Positions 20,659 to 30,020 of a stretch of DNA of 64,000 nt are shown one piece after another (the first letter of the stretch is position 1; each line of letters begins with the position of its first letter). Under the pieces are notes generated by a model. That model made no database searches, was not told the origin of the DNA, and saw only the letters and a program-made list of their open reading frames with translations. The translations under genes and the position numbers were made by a program. Where the stretch lies: positions 1 through 64,000 of the forward strand of contig CBDIID010000003.1 of assembly GCA_965279515.1 (NCBI GenBank). The letters run 5' to 3'. This stretch comes from Turneriella sp. (GTDB lineage Bacteria; Spirochaetota; Leptospiria; Turneriellales; Turneriellaceae).

Positions 20659-21838
20659 TATCGGCATCTTTGCACTCTGCCTTGTCGTCGCCGCTTTTTT
20701 CGCAGCCACAGAAGTTGCATTCTTTTCGCTGACGCCGCTTTCCGTGACGCGCGGCAACCGCGTGAAGCTCGAAAAACTGTTCTTAAACAAGAACGACATC
20801 ATCGCGATGCTGCTCACGGGAAACAGCCTGGCGATTGTCTGCGGCACGCTTGCCCTCGATGCCATGTTGCCCCCGGAACGCGAGCTGCGTTATAAGGTGA
20901 TGGCTTTTTTTATCGAGTTGATTCTGTTCTTTCTGCTCTCCGAGGCCCTGCCCAAAGCCATTGGCCGCCGTAAGAATATTGTGCTGCTTGAGAAATGTTA
21001 TCCCGTCATCTGGCTGTTCTATTACCTGCTGCTACCGATGAGTTATGTGTTCCTGAAGATTTCACGCCTCATCGGCCGCATCAGTGTCGAGCATCCTGGG
21101 GACGCGCGTATCGAGGTCTTCCGCTTTATTTCAGAGCATACCGGCGAGAGCAAGCTGCCGCTTACGGAATCGTTGGCGACGTATTCGCGCACGACGATCC
21201 GTGAAATTATGACGCCGATGAACGAGCTTTCGTCGCTGCCGGCCAATGCCACGCTGGCCGAATGCGCAGAGATTATGGAGAAGAGCTCTTATTCCCGTTA
21301 TCCGGTCTATGAAAGTATACCTGCGGAAATCACGGGGTATATCGACCTGCGTGATCTTTTAAGCGCTGCTGCAAGCACCCGTGTCAAACAGTTGGTGCGC
21401 CCGGCCGTGTTTTATCCCTATTCGCTGAAGGTGGATAACCTGCACACGGAAATGCGGCGACTCGATCAACCTCTTGTCTTCGTCGTCAGTGAGTATGGTA
21501 TCATTCTCGGCATGGTGACCGAGGAAAATCTTGCGGAAGAACTGGTCGGCGATATTTTCAGCCATGACCAGAAACTCGAAACACAGTACCTGCGTAAGAT
21601 TGAATCGGGGCTCTACGAAGTCGACTGTGTCATGGATATCGACGACTTTATCAAGATGTTCGCACTGCCGATACAGAAAGAAAATTTCGAGACACTCGGC
21701 GGCTATCTGCTGAGTGCCTGCGCGCGCGTGCCGATGCTGCATGAAGAGTTGGAGCTACCCGCGGGCCAGTTTACGGTCATCGACGCCACGCGGCGTTCGA
21801 TCCGCACCGTGCGTTTTCGGCCCAAACGCGGCCGCTAA
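20651..21838 (+). CDS. Second CNNM/hemolysin-family protein
   Basis: AATEVAFFS, SEALPK, IMTP, YSRYPVY, EELVGDI, ETLGGY. Confidence 0.9.
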   Translation: MLNIGIFALCLVVAAFFAATEVAFFSLTPLSVTRGNRVKLEKLFLNKNDIIAMLLTGNSLAIVCGTLALDAMLPPERELRYKVMAFFIELILFFLLSEALPKAIGRRKNIVLLEKCYPVIWLFYYLLLPMSYVFLKISRLIGRISVEHPGDARIEVFRFISEHTGESKLPLTESLATYSRTTIREIMTPMNELSSLPANATLAECAEIMEKSSYSRYPVYESIPAEITGYIDLRDLLSAAASTRVKQLVRPAVFYPYSLKVDNLHTEMRRLDQPLVFVVSEYGIILGMVTEENLAEELVGDIFSHDQKLETQYLRKIESGLYEVDCVMDIDDFIKMFALPIQKENFETLGGYLLSACARVPMLHEELELPAGQFTVIDATRRSIRTVRFRPKRGR

Positions 21839-21843
21839 CTGAC

Positions 21844-22764
21844 TCAGATTGTTATAAAATTTTTCACCGTGAGAAATTCCCGCACCCAGTTGTGGATATC
21901 CCCGGCGTTTTCGAGAATCGCATTGTGCGTTCCCGCGGGAATGGCAAAATACCACGAACCCTGAACCGCCTGGTGCACGCGCTCTGAATGGATGGGCAAG
22001 GCGAAGAGATCGCCTTCGCCCGAGATCACCAGCAGCGGCGCTGCGATTTTATGGTACTGGCCTTCATTGGAGTGGTGGTGTATTGCATGCGACATGCGGA
22101 TGATATACTCGAAGTCGAGTTCTGCGAGTTGGTCGAGAAAGGGCCGTAGCTCACTCTCATTCGTCAGGTCGGGGTTCAGCAGCGCTCCCTTGCCAAGCGC
22201 GACGCGCAGCGAGTAGGGCAAGGAATGCGCCGAACGCCAGGCCAGGCGGTAGAACCTCTTAAAGAAGGGAAATAGTTCATGTGTAACCTTGACGAGCGGG
22301 GCAAAGATTCCCAGGTTCAGGAATGTATTAAAAATATTTCCATAGATGCCCAGCAGCAGTACCATGCCTTTCACATAGTTGTGATGGCGCACATTCCATT
22401 CGACCGCCAATTGGCAGCCCATGCTATAGCCGAATAAGAGCACCTGGGGCCTGCCCAGATGCTCATGGAAGGCCTCTATGTCTGCCAGGGCAGCCTCAAC
22501 CGAAACCTTGGGGTAGGTCTCGCGGTAGGCCAGGCCCTGGCCCCGGTAGTCGAATGTCGCGATACGGAAGTCGGCCGCAAGATAGCCAATCAGTTTCGCG
22601 ATGTTGAACTGGTTGCAGGTGAAACCATTCAAGAAGAAAATGGTGTGTTCTGCATCGCTTTTGCCATAAAGGAAATAGGGCAACTGCACCCCGTCGGGCG
22701 CGGTAAAATACCCCGCCGGTGCGGGGTACTGGTCATAGTTATACACCGTGGATTTATGGGACAA
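21844..22764 (-). CDS. Alpha/beta fold hydrolase
   Basis: FDYRGQG, GYSMG, SGEGD, GTH; start uncertain. Confidence 0.85.
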   Translation of the reverse strand: MSHKSTVYNYDQYPAPAGYFTAPDGVQLPYFLYGKSDAEHTIFFLNGFTCNQFNIAKLIGYLAADFRIATFDYRGQGLAYRETYPKVSVEAALADIEAFHEHLGRPQVLLFGYSMGCQLAVEWNVRHHNYVKGMVLLLGIYGNIFNTFLNLGIFAPLVKVTHELFPFFKRFYRLAWRSAHSLPYSLRVALGKGALLNPDLTNESELRPFLDQLAELDFEYIIRMSHAIHHHSNEGQYHKIAAPLLVISGEGDLFALPIHSERVHQAVQGSWYFAIPAGTHNAILENAGDIHNWVREFLTVKNFITI

Positions 22765-22867
22765 TAATCTGTTGCGTCAAGTGTGATTCCCCGGTTTGTC
22801 GCGCAACGGGTCGCAGAATCGCTTGAAGTTGCCGGGCGCCGTTTATGTCTGCCCGTTCCCGGCTGAT

Positions 22868-24319
22868 ATGCATAAACTGCTCCACCGCAAACTGCTGCTC
22901 GCTTCCGTTATTTTTATCGCCGTGCTGCCGATATTGGCTTCGGCGCTCTTCATCACCTACCGTTCTTTCCAGCAGGCTAAACTCGACGCCGTCGACAGGG
23001 CGAAATCCCTGCTCGCGCATGTTTCAGAAAAGCAGGATGAACTCGTGGCGCAGACAATGCAGTCGTTGCGCATTCTCGCGCTCTTGCCCGATGTGCAGGG
23101 TGGCGGCAAAGGCTGCTCGCGTTTTATGGCCCGCTTTATCGGCCAGAATCCGGTCTACGATAATGCCGGTCTTGTCGATGCGCAAGGCGAAATTATTTGC
23201 AGCGGACTGCCGAAAACAAGCAACATCAATGTCTCAGAACGCGAATGGTTTAAACTCGCGCTGAAAACCGGCACGCCGCAGATCGGTGGCCTGCAGTTCG
23301 GCAAGATCACGGGCAAGCCCGGCATTATCGCGGCGTTTCCGCTCAAAGACGGGGATGCAGTCCGCAATGTACTCTATCTCTCGCTCAGCGTACAATGGCT
23401 CGAAGACGTGTTTGCAGAATATTCCCTGCCGGAAAAATCGCAGATTACCGCGATCGATTCGCAGGGTATTGTACTCTTTCAGCATCCGCTGAAGCTCGAC
23501 AACGAGCCTTCGCTCATGGGTAAACCTTACCCCAACGAGAAGATCTGGAAACACATCAAGGGTTCAGGCGAAGTCATCGTGCCGGCACGCGTCGTCGAAG
23601 ACGGCGGCAAAAAACACGTCTATACCTTCCAGCGCATTGAATCTGAAGACCGTGTGGCGATGATCATTGCGCTGCGCTTCGTCGAGTCGGCGATCTACCG
23701 CGAGGCGACGCAGAATGCGGTGACGCTGATCTTAGGCCTTTTGTTATCCCTCGTCGCGACATTTCTCATCGCCTATGTCGCGGGTAATTATCTCTTTCTG
23801 CGGCCCGTGGAGCAGGAAATTGAAAAGCTCAACGACGTCGCCGAGACCGACCCGCTGACGCAGGTGTTAAACCGCCGCGGTTTTGCGCGGCTCTCTGAAG
23901 CCCGCCTGGCGAAAGGCATGGGGGGCGAGCAGCATTCGGTGCTGGTCATGGACATCGATCACTTCAAAAAGATCAACGACGAGCATGGCCATGCTACCGG
24001 TGACGAAGTCTTGAAAGAAACCGCGGTGCGCATCCGTGGTGTCTTACGTGAAACCGAAATCTTTGGCCGCATCGGCGGCGAAGAGTTTGCGATCTTTATA
24101 CCTGCGGTAACGCGTGAAAACGCGATTCTGCTCGCCGAACGCGTGCGCGTCGCTATCGGCAGCCTGCCTTTTGAGACAGCGACCGGTCCCTTGAATGTCG
24201 CTGCCAGTGTGGGTGTCTGCCATGCATCCAACCGGCTCACACTCGATAAGTTTCTCGAACGGGCGGATAAAGCGCTGTATAAGAGTAAGCGTACGGGAAG
24301 GAATAAGGTTTCGATATGA
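22868..24319 (+). CDS. Sensor (Cache-type) diguanylate cyclase
   Basis: Two TMs flanking a periplasmic domain (VSEREWF); TDPLT, DIDHFKKIND, GGEEF. Confidence 0.92.
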   Translation: MHKLLHRKLLLASVIFIAVLPILASALFITYRSFQQAKLDAVDRAKSLLAHVSEKQDELVAQTMQSLRILALLPDVQGGGKGCSRFMARFIGQNPVYDNAGLVDAQGEIICSGLPKTSNINVSEREWFKLALKTGTPQIGGLQFGKITGKPGIIAAFPLKDGDAVRNVLYLSLSVQWLEDVFAEYSLPEKSQITAIDSQGIVLFQHPLKLDNEPSLMGKPYPNEKIWKHIKGSGEVIVPARVVEDGGKKHVYTFQRIESEDRVAMIIALRFVESAIYREATQNAVTLILGLLLSLVATFLIAYVAGNYLFLRPVEQEIEKLNDVAETDPLTQVLNRRGFARLSEARLAKGMGGEQHSVLVMDIDHFKKINDEHGHATGDEVLKETAVRIRGVLRETEIFGRIGGEEFAIFIPAVTRENAILLAERVRVAIGSLPFETATGPLNVAASVGVCHASNRLTLDKFLERADKALYKSKRTGRNKVSI

Positions 24320-24321
24320 CG

Positions 24322-24410
24322 CCCCTAACCCCGGCCCTTCCCCCGAGTCCGGGGGAAGGGAGACTGAGTTCCCCCCTCCCCAGACTTGGGGAGGGGGCTA
24401 GGGGGCGGGG
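24322..24410. repeat. GC-rich branched palindromic (REP-like) element, copy 2
   Basis: CCCCTAACCCC, CCCTTCCCCCG/CGGGGGAAGGG, CCCCCTCCCCA/TGGGGAGGGGG, GGGGGCGGGG; same architecture as 13802-13880. Confidence 0.8.
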
Positions 24411-24415
24411 CGAGC

Positions 24416-25576
24416 CTAATCTCTTCCCGAACTACCCAGCAACGGTTCATCAAACGAACGTACATCGTCGTTCGGCAGCTGCATCGGGTATTGGTCGCGT
24501 AAATATTTCACGGCGCTGATGGCCATCTCGAGGTGTTTCTCTTTGCTGTTCTTATAGAAGGTCTGCGCTTCGTTCGAGAGTTTTGGCCGGCCGTGCAGCG
24601 GTTTGTCGCTGACACAGAGCAGCGTGGCATGGGGAATACGGTAGCGGTAGCCGTTGGCTGCAATCGTCGCCGACTCCATGTCGACAGCGATCGAGCGCGA
24701 AAGTTTCATCGCCGCGACCGTCGCACCCTGGTTGAACTCCCAGTTGCGGTTGTCGGTCGTATAGACCGTGCCCATGCGGTAGGCCATGCCGGCGTTCTCG
24801 AGTTCTTTACGTAGCGCGAGGTTGATGAGAAAATTCGGTATGACCGGCACCTCTGCAGGCAGCACATCCTGCATGACTTTGTCTGAGCGCATGTAGGCAG
24901 ATGCCAGCACGTAGTCGCCGATCTCCTGGTGGTTGCGTAAGCCCCCGCAGTGGCCGACCATAATCATGAGGTCGGGGCGGAGTACCGCGATGTGGTCGGT
25001 GATAGTTTTCGCGTTCGCGGGGCCGACACCGATATTCACGAGGGTAATCCCATTCTGGTTTTCTTCTTTATTATGATAGGCCTGCATCTGCGCACCATCG
25101 TTCGCGGGTTTGACGCAATTCGGAAAGAGCGTGAGGAATGCCTCGACATGCATCTTGTAGTTGGTGAAAAGAATGTGCTTCTGGAAGTCCTCCGCCTTGG
25201 TCGAGGTATAGTGTTCGAGGCGGTTGAGGGAAATATCGATGCGCTCCGGGTTAAAAAGAAAGAGCTTCTTTTTGCGCAGGTCCCATTCGTCTTCGCTGAG
25301 CTTTGCGAAGAGTTCCGGATCGAAAAGATCGCGGCGGGTACGCGACGGCGAGATTTTGATTTCTGCCTTCATATTCAGAAGACCATAGAACTCCCGCGTC
25401 AGGTAGGCACGCAGCGCAGAAGGGCGTGAAAACTCGCCTGAAATTGTGGGATTAAATTTTGACCAGGGGCGATGGATTTCCACGAGGGGATATTTTCCCG
25501 CTTCATAGATTTTGCACATTTGGTTTACGTAATCTTCTGCACTGCGCATAGTGTCCGGATTACGGGGTGAGGCCAT
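24416..25576 (-). CDS. amn: AMP nucleosidase
   Basis: ILFTNY, ITLVNIGVGPANAKTITDH, GHCGGLR, TTDNRNWE, VDMESAT, VSDKPLHG. Confidence 0.95.
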   Translation of the reverse strand: MASPRNPDTMRSAEDYVNQMCKIYEAGKYPLVEIHRPWSKFNPTISGEFSRPSALRAYLTREFYGLLNMKAEIKISPSRTRRDLFDPELFAKLSEDEWDLRKKKLFLFNPERIDISLNRLEHYTSTKAEDFQKHILFTNYKMHVEAFLTLFPNCVKPANDGAQMQAYHNKEENQNGITLVNIGVGPANAKTITDHIAVLRPDLMIMVGHCGGLRNHQEIGDYVLASAYMRSDKVMQDVLPAEVPVIPNFLINLALRKELENAGMAYRMGTVYTTDNRNWEFNQGATVAAMKLSRSIAVDMESATIAANGYRYRIPHATLLCVSDKPLHGRPKLSNEAQTFYKNSKEKHLEMAISAVKYLRDQYPMQLPNDDVRSFDEPLLGSSGRD

Positions 25577-25822
25577 ATGGCATACTCCTTGCTGGAGAGA
25601 GGGCAGAAAGGATTTTTAGAGATGCTAAACTTGAAACATATGTCACCTAAAGTCCGAATTTCCTCTGGAATTTTGGCCTCTTCAGCGCTAAAGTTACCAT
25701 CTATAACAGTGAACAGTCTTTACGGCACTTCGTCGCTTAACGAAATGTCCTAGGTTTTACCTAGACAGCGTTGGTAGCTTTTTTGCTACCCTATCCCCAT
25801 TACCTATAAGAGAGTGAGTACT

Positions 25823-27694
25823 ATGATAAAACGATCAACATCCCGTTTACTATTCCTAAGCGCCATATGGGCGTTCGGACCCGAGCTGCAGGCTCAGGTG
25901 CAATTCCCGGAAATTCCCCGTGCAACGGATGATGCCGAGGAGAAAAAGACTTCCGAGAAGAAGCCAGAAGAGAAAAAACCTGAGGAGCCCGCGAAGACTT
26001 TTCCTGAAGGCGGCAAAGTAACCAACGAAAAGGGCACCGAAACTAAACCTGAGGAAAAACCCAAAAAAGATCAGACGCTCGAGAACCAGATGTCTGCGGG
26101 CGGTCTCGACCGTACCGGCAAATGGGTTCCGGAATTTGAAAGACAGTTCGCGGTACGCAAAGATAAACCCGACTTTGAATTCCTCTGGGGCTTTAACATG
26201 CTTCAGGAATTCCACGCATATAATAACGCGGACTTACGCAAACTCAACAGTACCAATGATTTCCAGATTCGTACGACGGATGACCAGCAGGGTATGGCGA
26301 TCACGCGCGCGAAATTTGATACTTCCTTTATGTTCCCCAAGCAGCGCGTGGGGCTCGAAATGTCGTTCGGTTTCGACGGTGTCTGGGGTAGCTTTCAGTT
26401 GCAGGGCAACGGCAACCCGGGAACGCGAATTGCGCGCGCCAATATTTTCTGGGAGTTCTTTAATATGGCTGGCATTTCGATCGATACCGTGATCGGCCGC
26501 CAGCTGTATTCGGTCGGCGGTATCCAGAACGACTACATGCTGCGCGACGTTCTCGACGCCATCGTTTTCAACGTCCACTGGAAAGATATGATCGACGTCA
26601 AGGTGTTGGCGCTCGACGTTTATTCCGGCGCGAACAGTTTTGGTTCGGGTGAGAACGACCGCTGGAACGACGAATTCCAGTATTTCTCACGCGACACGGC
26701 CAACAAGCTACCAGGCCTCAACGGCGACGTCTCAACCTACCGCACCGGCCTCGCCGTGAGTGCCGAGCCGTGGATGAAGAAGCTCTTGAAGATGCGCATC
26801 GATCCACGCGTCTATGCCTACCTTGCACGTGTGCGCGGGGGCAAGGGCGGTTCGGACTATTCTGAAAACGGCCGCATCGGTAACTTTTCAGACAATGACT
26901 GGTCAGGCCTTTTCGGCGGCCGTGCTACATGGCATGCGCACGAGCAGTTCAAAATGTTCCGCCAGTTGCAGATCTATGGCGACGTCGCGGTCTCCACTGG
27001 CTCAGACCTGCGCCGTCAGGGCCAGCCGATCTCAGACTATACGGCGATCGGTTTTGGTGCGGGCGTATCTGCCCAGATGAAGACCATCTTGGGCTTTCTT
27101 TCGCCCCTTGCCGAACTCGATTTCTTTTACGCGCAGGGGCCGCAATACGACAAAAACGGTAACATGACCTCGCATGGTTTCATTTCGATGCGCGGTGACC
27201 GTGTCGGCGGTACGCTGATGCGCCGATATTGGGGTGTGCGTCCCTCTGGCTATGTGGGTTATAACGGCATTGACGATACGCCATTCGACGCCAACCGCAA
27301 GGCCGGCTCGCTCATGATGCACGTGGGTATCGGTACAGAACTCTGGCGCAACTTTGTCGTGCGCGCCGACCTCTGGCATCTGCAAGATACCGCGTCGACA
27401 GCAGTCAATTTTGATTCCTCAAACCTCGACCTCATCAACAACCCTTACGTATCGCGCGCCGAACTCGAAGCACAAAAACGTTTCGGCAAGGCCCTGGGGC
27501 AAGAGATTAACCTGACTGTGCAGTATTTCCCAAATTCGCTGCTGATGTTCCAGCTGACGGCTGCGATGTTTGTTCCGGGTACATTCTTCGACACATCGAT
27601 CGAAGATATCGTGAGCAAGAACGGCGTGCCGAAAGGCGGACCGGCAGACGCCGACTTCATGGGTATGTTCCTGAGGAGCACGATTTCATTCTGA
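25823..27694 (+). CDS. Outer-membrane beta-barrel protein (porin/alginate-export-like), first gene of the nuclease locus
   Basis: Signal peptide, K/E/P-rich linker, many amphipathic strands, GRQ motif, LGQEINL, terminal FLRSTISF. Confidence 0.75.
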   Translation: MIKRSTSRLLFLSAIWAFGPELQAQVQFPEIPRATDDAEEKKTSEKKPEEKKPEEPAKTFPEGGKVTNEKGTETKPEEKPKKDQTLENQMSAGGLDRTGKWVPEFERQFAVRKDKPDFEFLWGFNMLQEFHAYNNADLRKLNSTNDFQIRTTDDQQGMAITRAKFDTSFMFPKQRVGLEMSFGFDGVWGSFQLQGNGNPGTRIARANIFWEFFNMAGISIDTVIGRQLYSVGGIQNDYMLRDVLDAIVFNVHWKDMIDVKVLALDVYSGANSFGSGENDRWNDEFQYFSRDTANKLPGLNGDVSTYRTGLAVSAEPWMKKLLKMRIDPRVYAYLARVRGGKGGSDYSENGRIGNFSDNDWSGLFGGRATWHAHEQFKMFRQLQIYGDVAVSTGSDLRRQGQPISDYTAIGFGAGVSAQMKTILGFLSPLAELDFFYAQGPQYDKNGNMTSHGFISMRGDRVGGTLMRRYWGVRPSGYVGYNGIDDTPFDANRKAGSLMMHVGIGTELWRNFVVRADLWHLQDTASTAVNFDSSNLDLINNPYVSRAELEAQKRFGKALGQEINLTVQYFPNSLLMFQLTAAMFVPGTFFDTSIEDIVSKNGVPKGGPADADFMGMFLRSTISF

Positions 27695-28476
27695 TGAAAA
27701 CCATGGGTCGAAATATTTACATTTTTCTCACAGTGGGATTTCTCCCGTTACTGGCTAAGTGTTCGACTTCGGTCGGCGACACCTGGCCGACGGCGATCAA
27801 CGTCGACCGCAAACGCGGTTGCGCCGAAATCCGCGAAGTCAACTGGGCGGGCTCGATGAAGAACGACGGTACGTATGACGGCGACGATGATTTCATTGAG
27901 ATTCAGAATACCGATTGCAATAAACCGGTCGATTTAACTGATTGGCGCATCGAACTCACGGGTGACTTGAAGAAGACATACTACGTACCCGCCGGTTCGA
28001 ATAACATCATTCAACCCGGCAAGTTTGCGGTTTTGATCGCCAAGTCAGATGGAGCGTTTCGGCAGCAGAGTGACGCGAACTACACGCCGATTCACCTTCC
28101 CGGGTTAGCTGTGCCAGAACGGAACTGGTCGATTACGACACGTACGGCCGAAAACTTTCTTATGGAAAGCGGAGTTAATACAACCGAAGCGGATGATGCC
28201 ACTAGTCGCAACTTTCCGCTATCTGGCTCGTTTGATGGGTATACTGTGCGGTCGATGGAGAGGACGGAAGATGCGTTTGAAGAAGAGGGTGGTTCTATCT
28301 CGACTTGGCATGCTTCGACGCCGTGCAATGAAACGTCTCCCTCGCAGGCGACAATAATCTATGGTACAGGGTGTAATGCAACCAGCCCGGGCTCCAGTGG
28401 GCGGTATGTACACAGCAATTATTCATTGAGGACTTTTGCGACGCCAGGCGAACTCAACACACCGGATTATAAATAA
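27694..28476 (+). CDS. Lamin-tail-domain lipoprotein
   Basis: LLAK-C lipobox; IREVNWAG, FIEIQN, VDLTDWRI, SMER, ATPGELN. Confidence 0.75.
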   Translation: MKTMGRNIYIFLTVGFLPLLAKCSTSVGDTWPTAINVDRKRGCAEIREVNWAGSMKNDGTYDGDDDFIEIQNTDCNKPVDLTDWRIELTGDLKKTYYVPAGSNNIIQPGKFAVLIAKSDGAFRQQSDANYTPIHLPGLAVPERNWSITTRTAENFLMESGVNTTEADDATSRNFPLSGSFDGYTVRSMERTEDAFEEEGGSISTWHASTPCNETSPSQATIIYGTGCNATSPGSSGRYVHSNYSLRTFATPGELNTPDYK

Positions 28477-30020
28477 TGAAGTATTCAGCCAAGACAATTG
28501 TACTACCTTTTCTAATAGCAACGGCTTTCATGCGGAGTGCTTGCGTAACGACGACGAATGAGCCGGAAGCCAGGCTTCAGAATATGACATACTATATTGG
28601 CTTAGGTGGTAATCCCAAGGCAAAGGAACAATTGCTGAAGGTCATAAACTCCGCTAAGCTTGAAATTGTTGGCGTCTTTTCCGACATTGGGGACACCGAT
28701 ATCAGCAGCGCTCTCATTGCGAAAGCAAACGCTGGGTTAAAAGTTGCGATCGGCGGCGATCGCCGTCATGAAAACAGCGCCGGATTTGCAGCCTTAAAAA
28801 ATCAGCGCTCAGGAAATAAATTCCTCGACTATTTTTCAGCAACGACTGCGGCAGCTGCGGAAACGAACCAAAGCTTAAAAAACAAGATTCTTGCCACGAG
28901 ACTGAATTTTAACAGATTGAAGCATTCCACCAAAGCTAAATTTAATGCGGATGCCTATGACGGCCGAGTTGAATATAATTTCATGGTGGCAGATAAATAT
29001 ACTTGCTGGATATCAACTGGAGGGGCAAATGATACCACTTATTCAACAGGAAATTCAGTAGTTTTTGTGTTTCAATCGTTTGACATATGCAATGATTTCT
29101 ATAACGAAGGTCAACAAGGGGCATACGGGGGATTGTTCGGCGATGAAGGAGTTCCATCGTTTGGCAAATTCAGAAATAGTAAAACGATTAATGATCCCAA
29201 TTCGCGCTTTCGTCTAGGTGATTTAATTTTTAATATTCACTTTGCGCCCCAAGAAAAACCCTTAGTTGCCGTTACAACGGAGCTTTTGCGGGCCGAGAGT
29301 TCGATCAAATTTGCTGCGCGCGCCATAACGCAAGACATCATCACTGATATTACCAACCATAATGTGAATCGTAGCCATATAGTGAATGCTTTGCAGTATA
29401 AAGCGCGCATACCACAATTATACGGCCAAGCATTTTCAATTCAAGGAATTGTCGGTACGGAGATTGATACTGTAAGTACAAACGTGCCTCAGCGGACTGC
29501 GCCATCTCCGTTGACTGCAACGGAGTGCACGTCTGGGGTTACCGATCTACAGTACTCGGCGACATATAATAACCTTGTATCGGGTTCTTGCCCGACAATC
29601 AACGCCGTAACGATAAGTATGCCATATTGGGATACCAATCCATGTCCTATTAGGAGAACCGTTACGAATTTGATATCTTCGCATTGTGATTTGAAGACTT
29701 TGCATGATTCGATTGCAAACACAGCAACAGTAAACGTGCGCAAACATCCATCAGGCATCCCGTTTTCTGTATTTTTGACGGATTATGGCGGTCGCAAACC
29801 ACGAATAATAATCATGTCCTCTGATCTTCGCAAACGATTTTATTACGATGAGGCAAATAGTCAGGATGCAGAGCCACTGAGGACACAAAACGATTTTTAT
29901 CATATTACGGATGCGTTTGTGATGGTCATTGAGCCGGCTGGGAGCACCACTGATAATAAGATATTCAACGATTTCAATTCGATGCTCTCGACCCTGATAT
30001 CGGCCGGAGGAAATTTATGA
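28476..30020 (+). CDS. Lipoprotein with degenerate phospholipase D-like fold (no HKD)
   Basis: RSA-C lipobox; collinear similarity to the next gene (FAPQE, AESSIKFA, GLFG) with HKD positions replaced. Confidence 0.65.
   Translation: MKYSAKTIVLPFLIATAFMRSACVTTTNEPEARLQNMTYYIGLGGNPKAKEQLLKVINSAKLEIVGVFSDIGDTDISSALIAKANAGLKVAIGGDRRHENSAGFAALKNQRSGNKFLDYFSATTAAAAETNQSLKNKILATRLNFNRLKHSTKAKFNADAYDGRVEYNFMVADKYTCWISTGGANDTTYSTGNSVVFVFQSFDICNDFYNEGQQGAYGGLFGDEGVPSFGKFRNSKTINDPNSRFRLGDLIFNIHFAPQEKPLVAVTTELLRAESSIKFAARAITQDIITDITNHNVNRSHIVNALQYKARIPQLYGQAFSIQGIVGTEIDTVSTNVPQRTAPSPLTATECTSGVTDLQYSATYNNLVSGSCPTINAVTISMPYWDTNPCPIRRTVTNLISSHCDLKTLHDSIANTATVNVRKHPSGIPFSVFLTDYGGRKPRIIIMSSDLRKRFYYDEANSQDAEPLRTQNDFYHITDAFVMVIEPAGSTTDNKIFNDFNSMLSTLISAGGNL

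Noticed and set aside
19426..21838. Tandem 'hemolysin' genes as toxins
   Set aside because: The DUF21-CBS-CorC architecture indicates CNNM-type metal homeostasis proteins
24316..24519. 67-aa ORF MTPLTPALPP...
   Set aside because: It is a translation of the palindromic repeat and overlaps amn antisense
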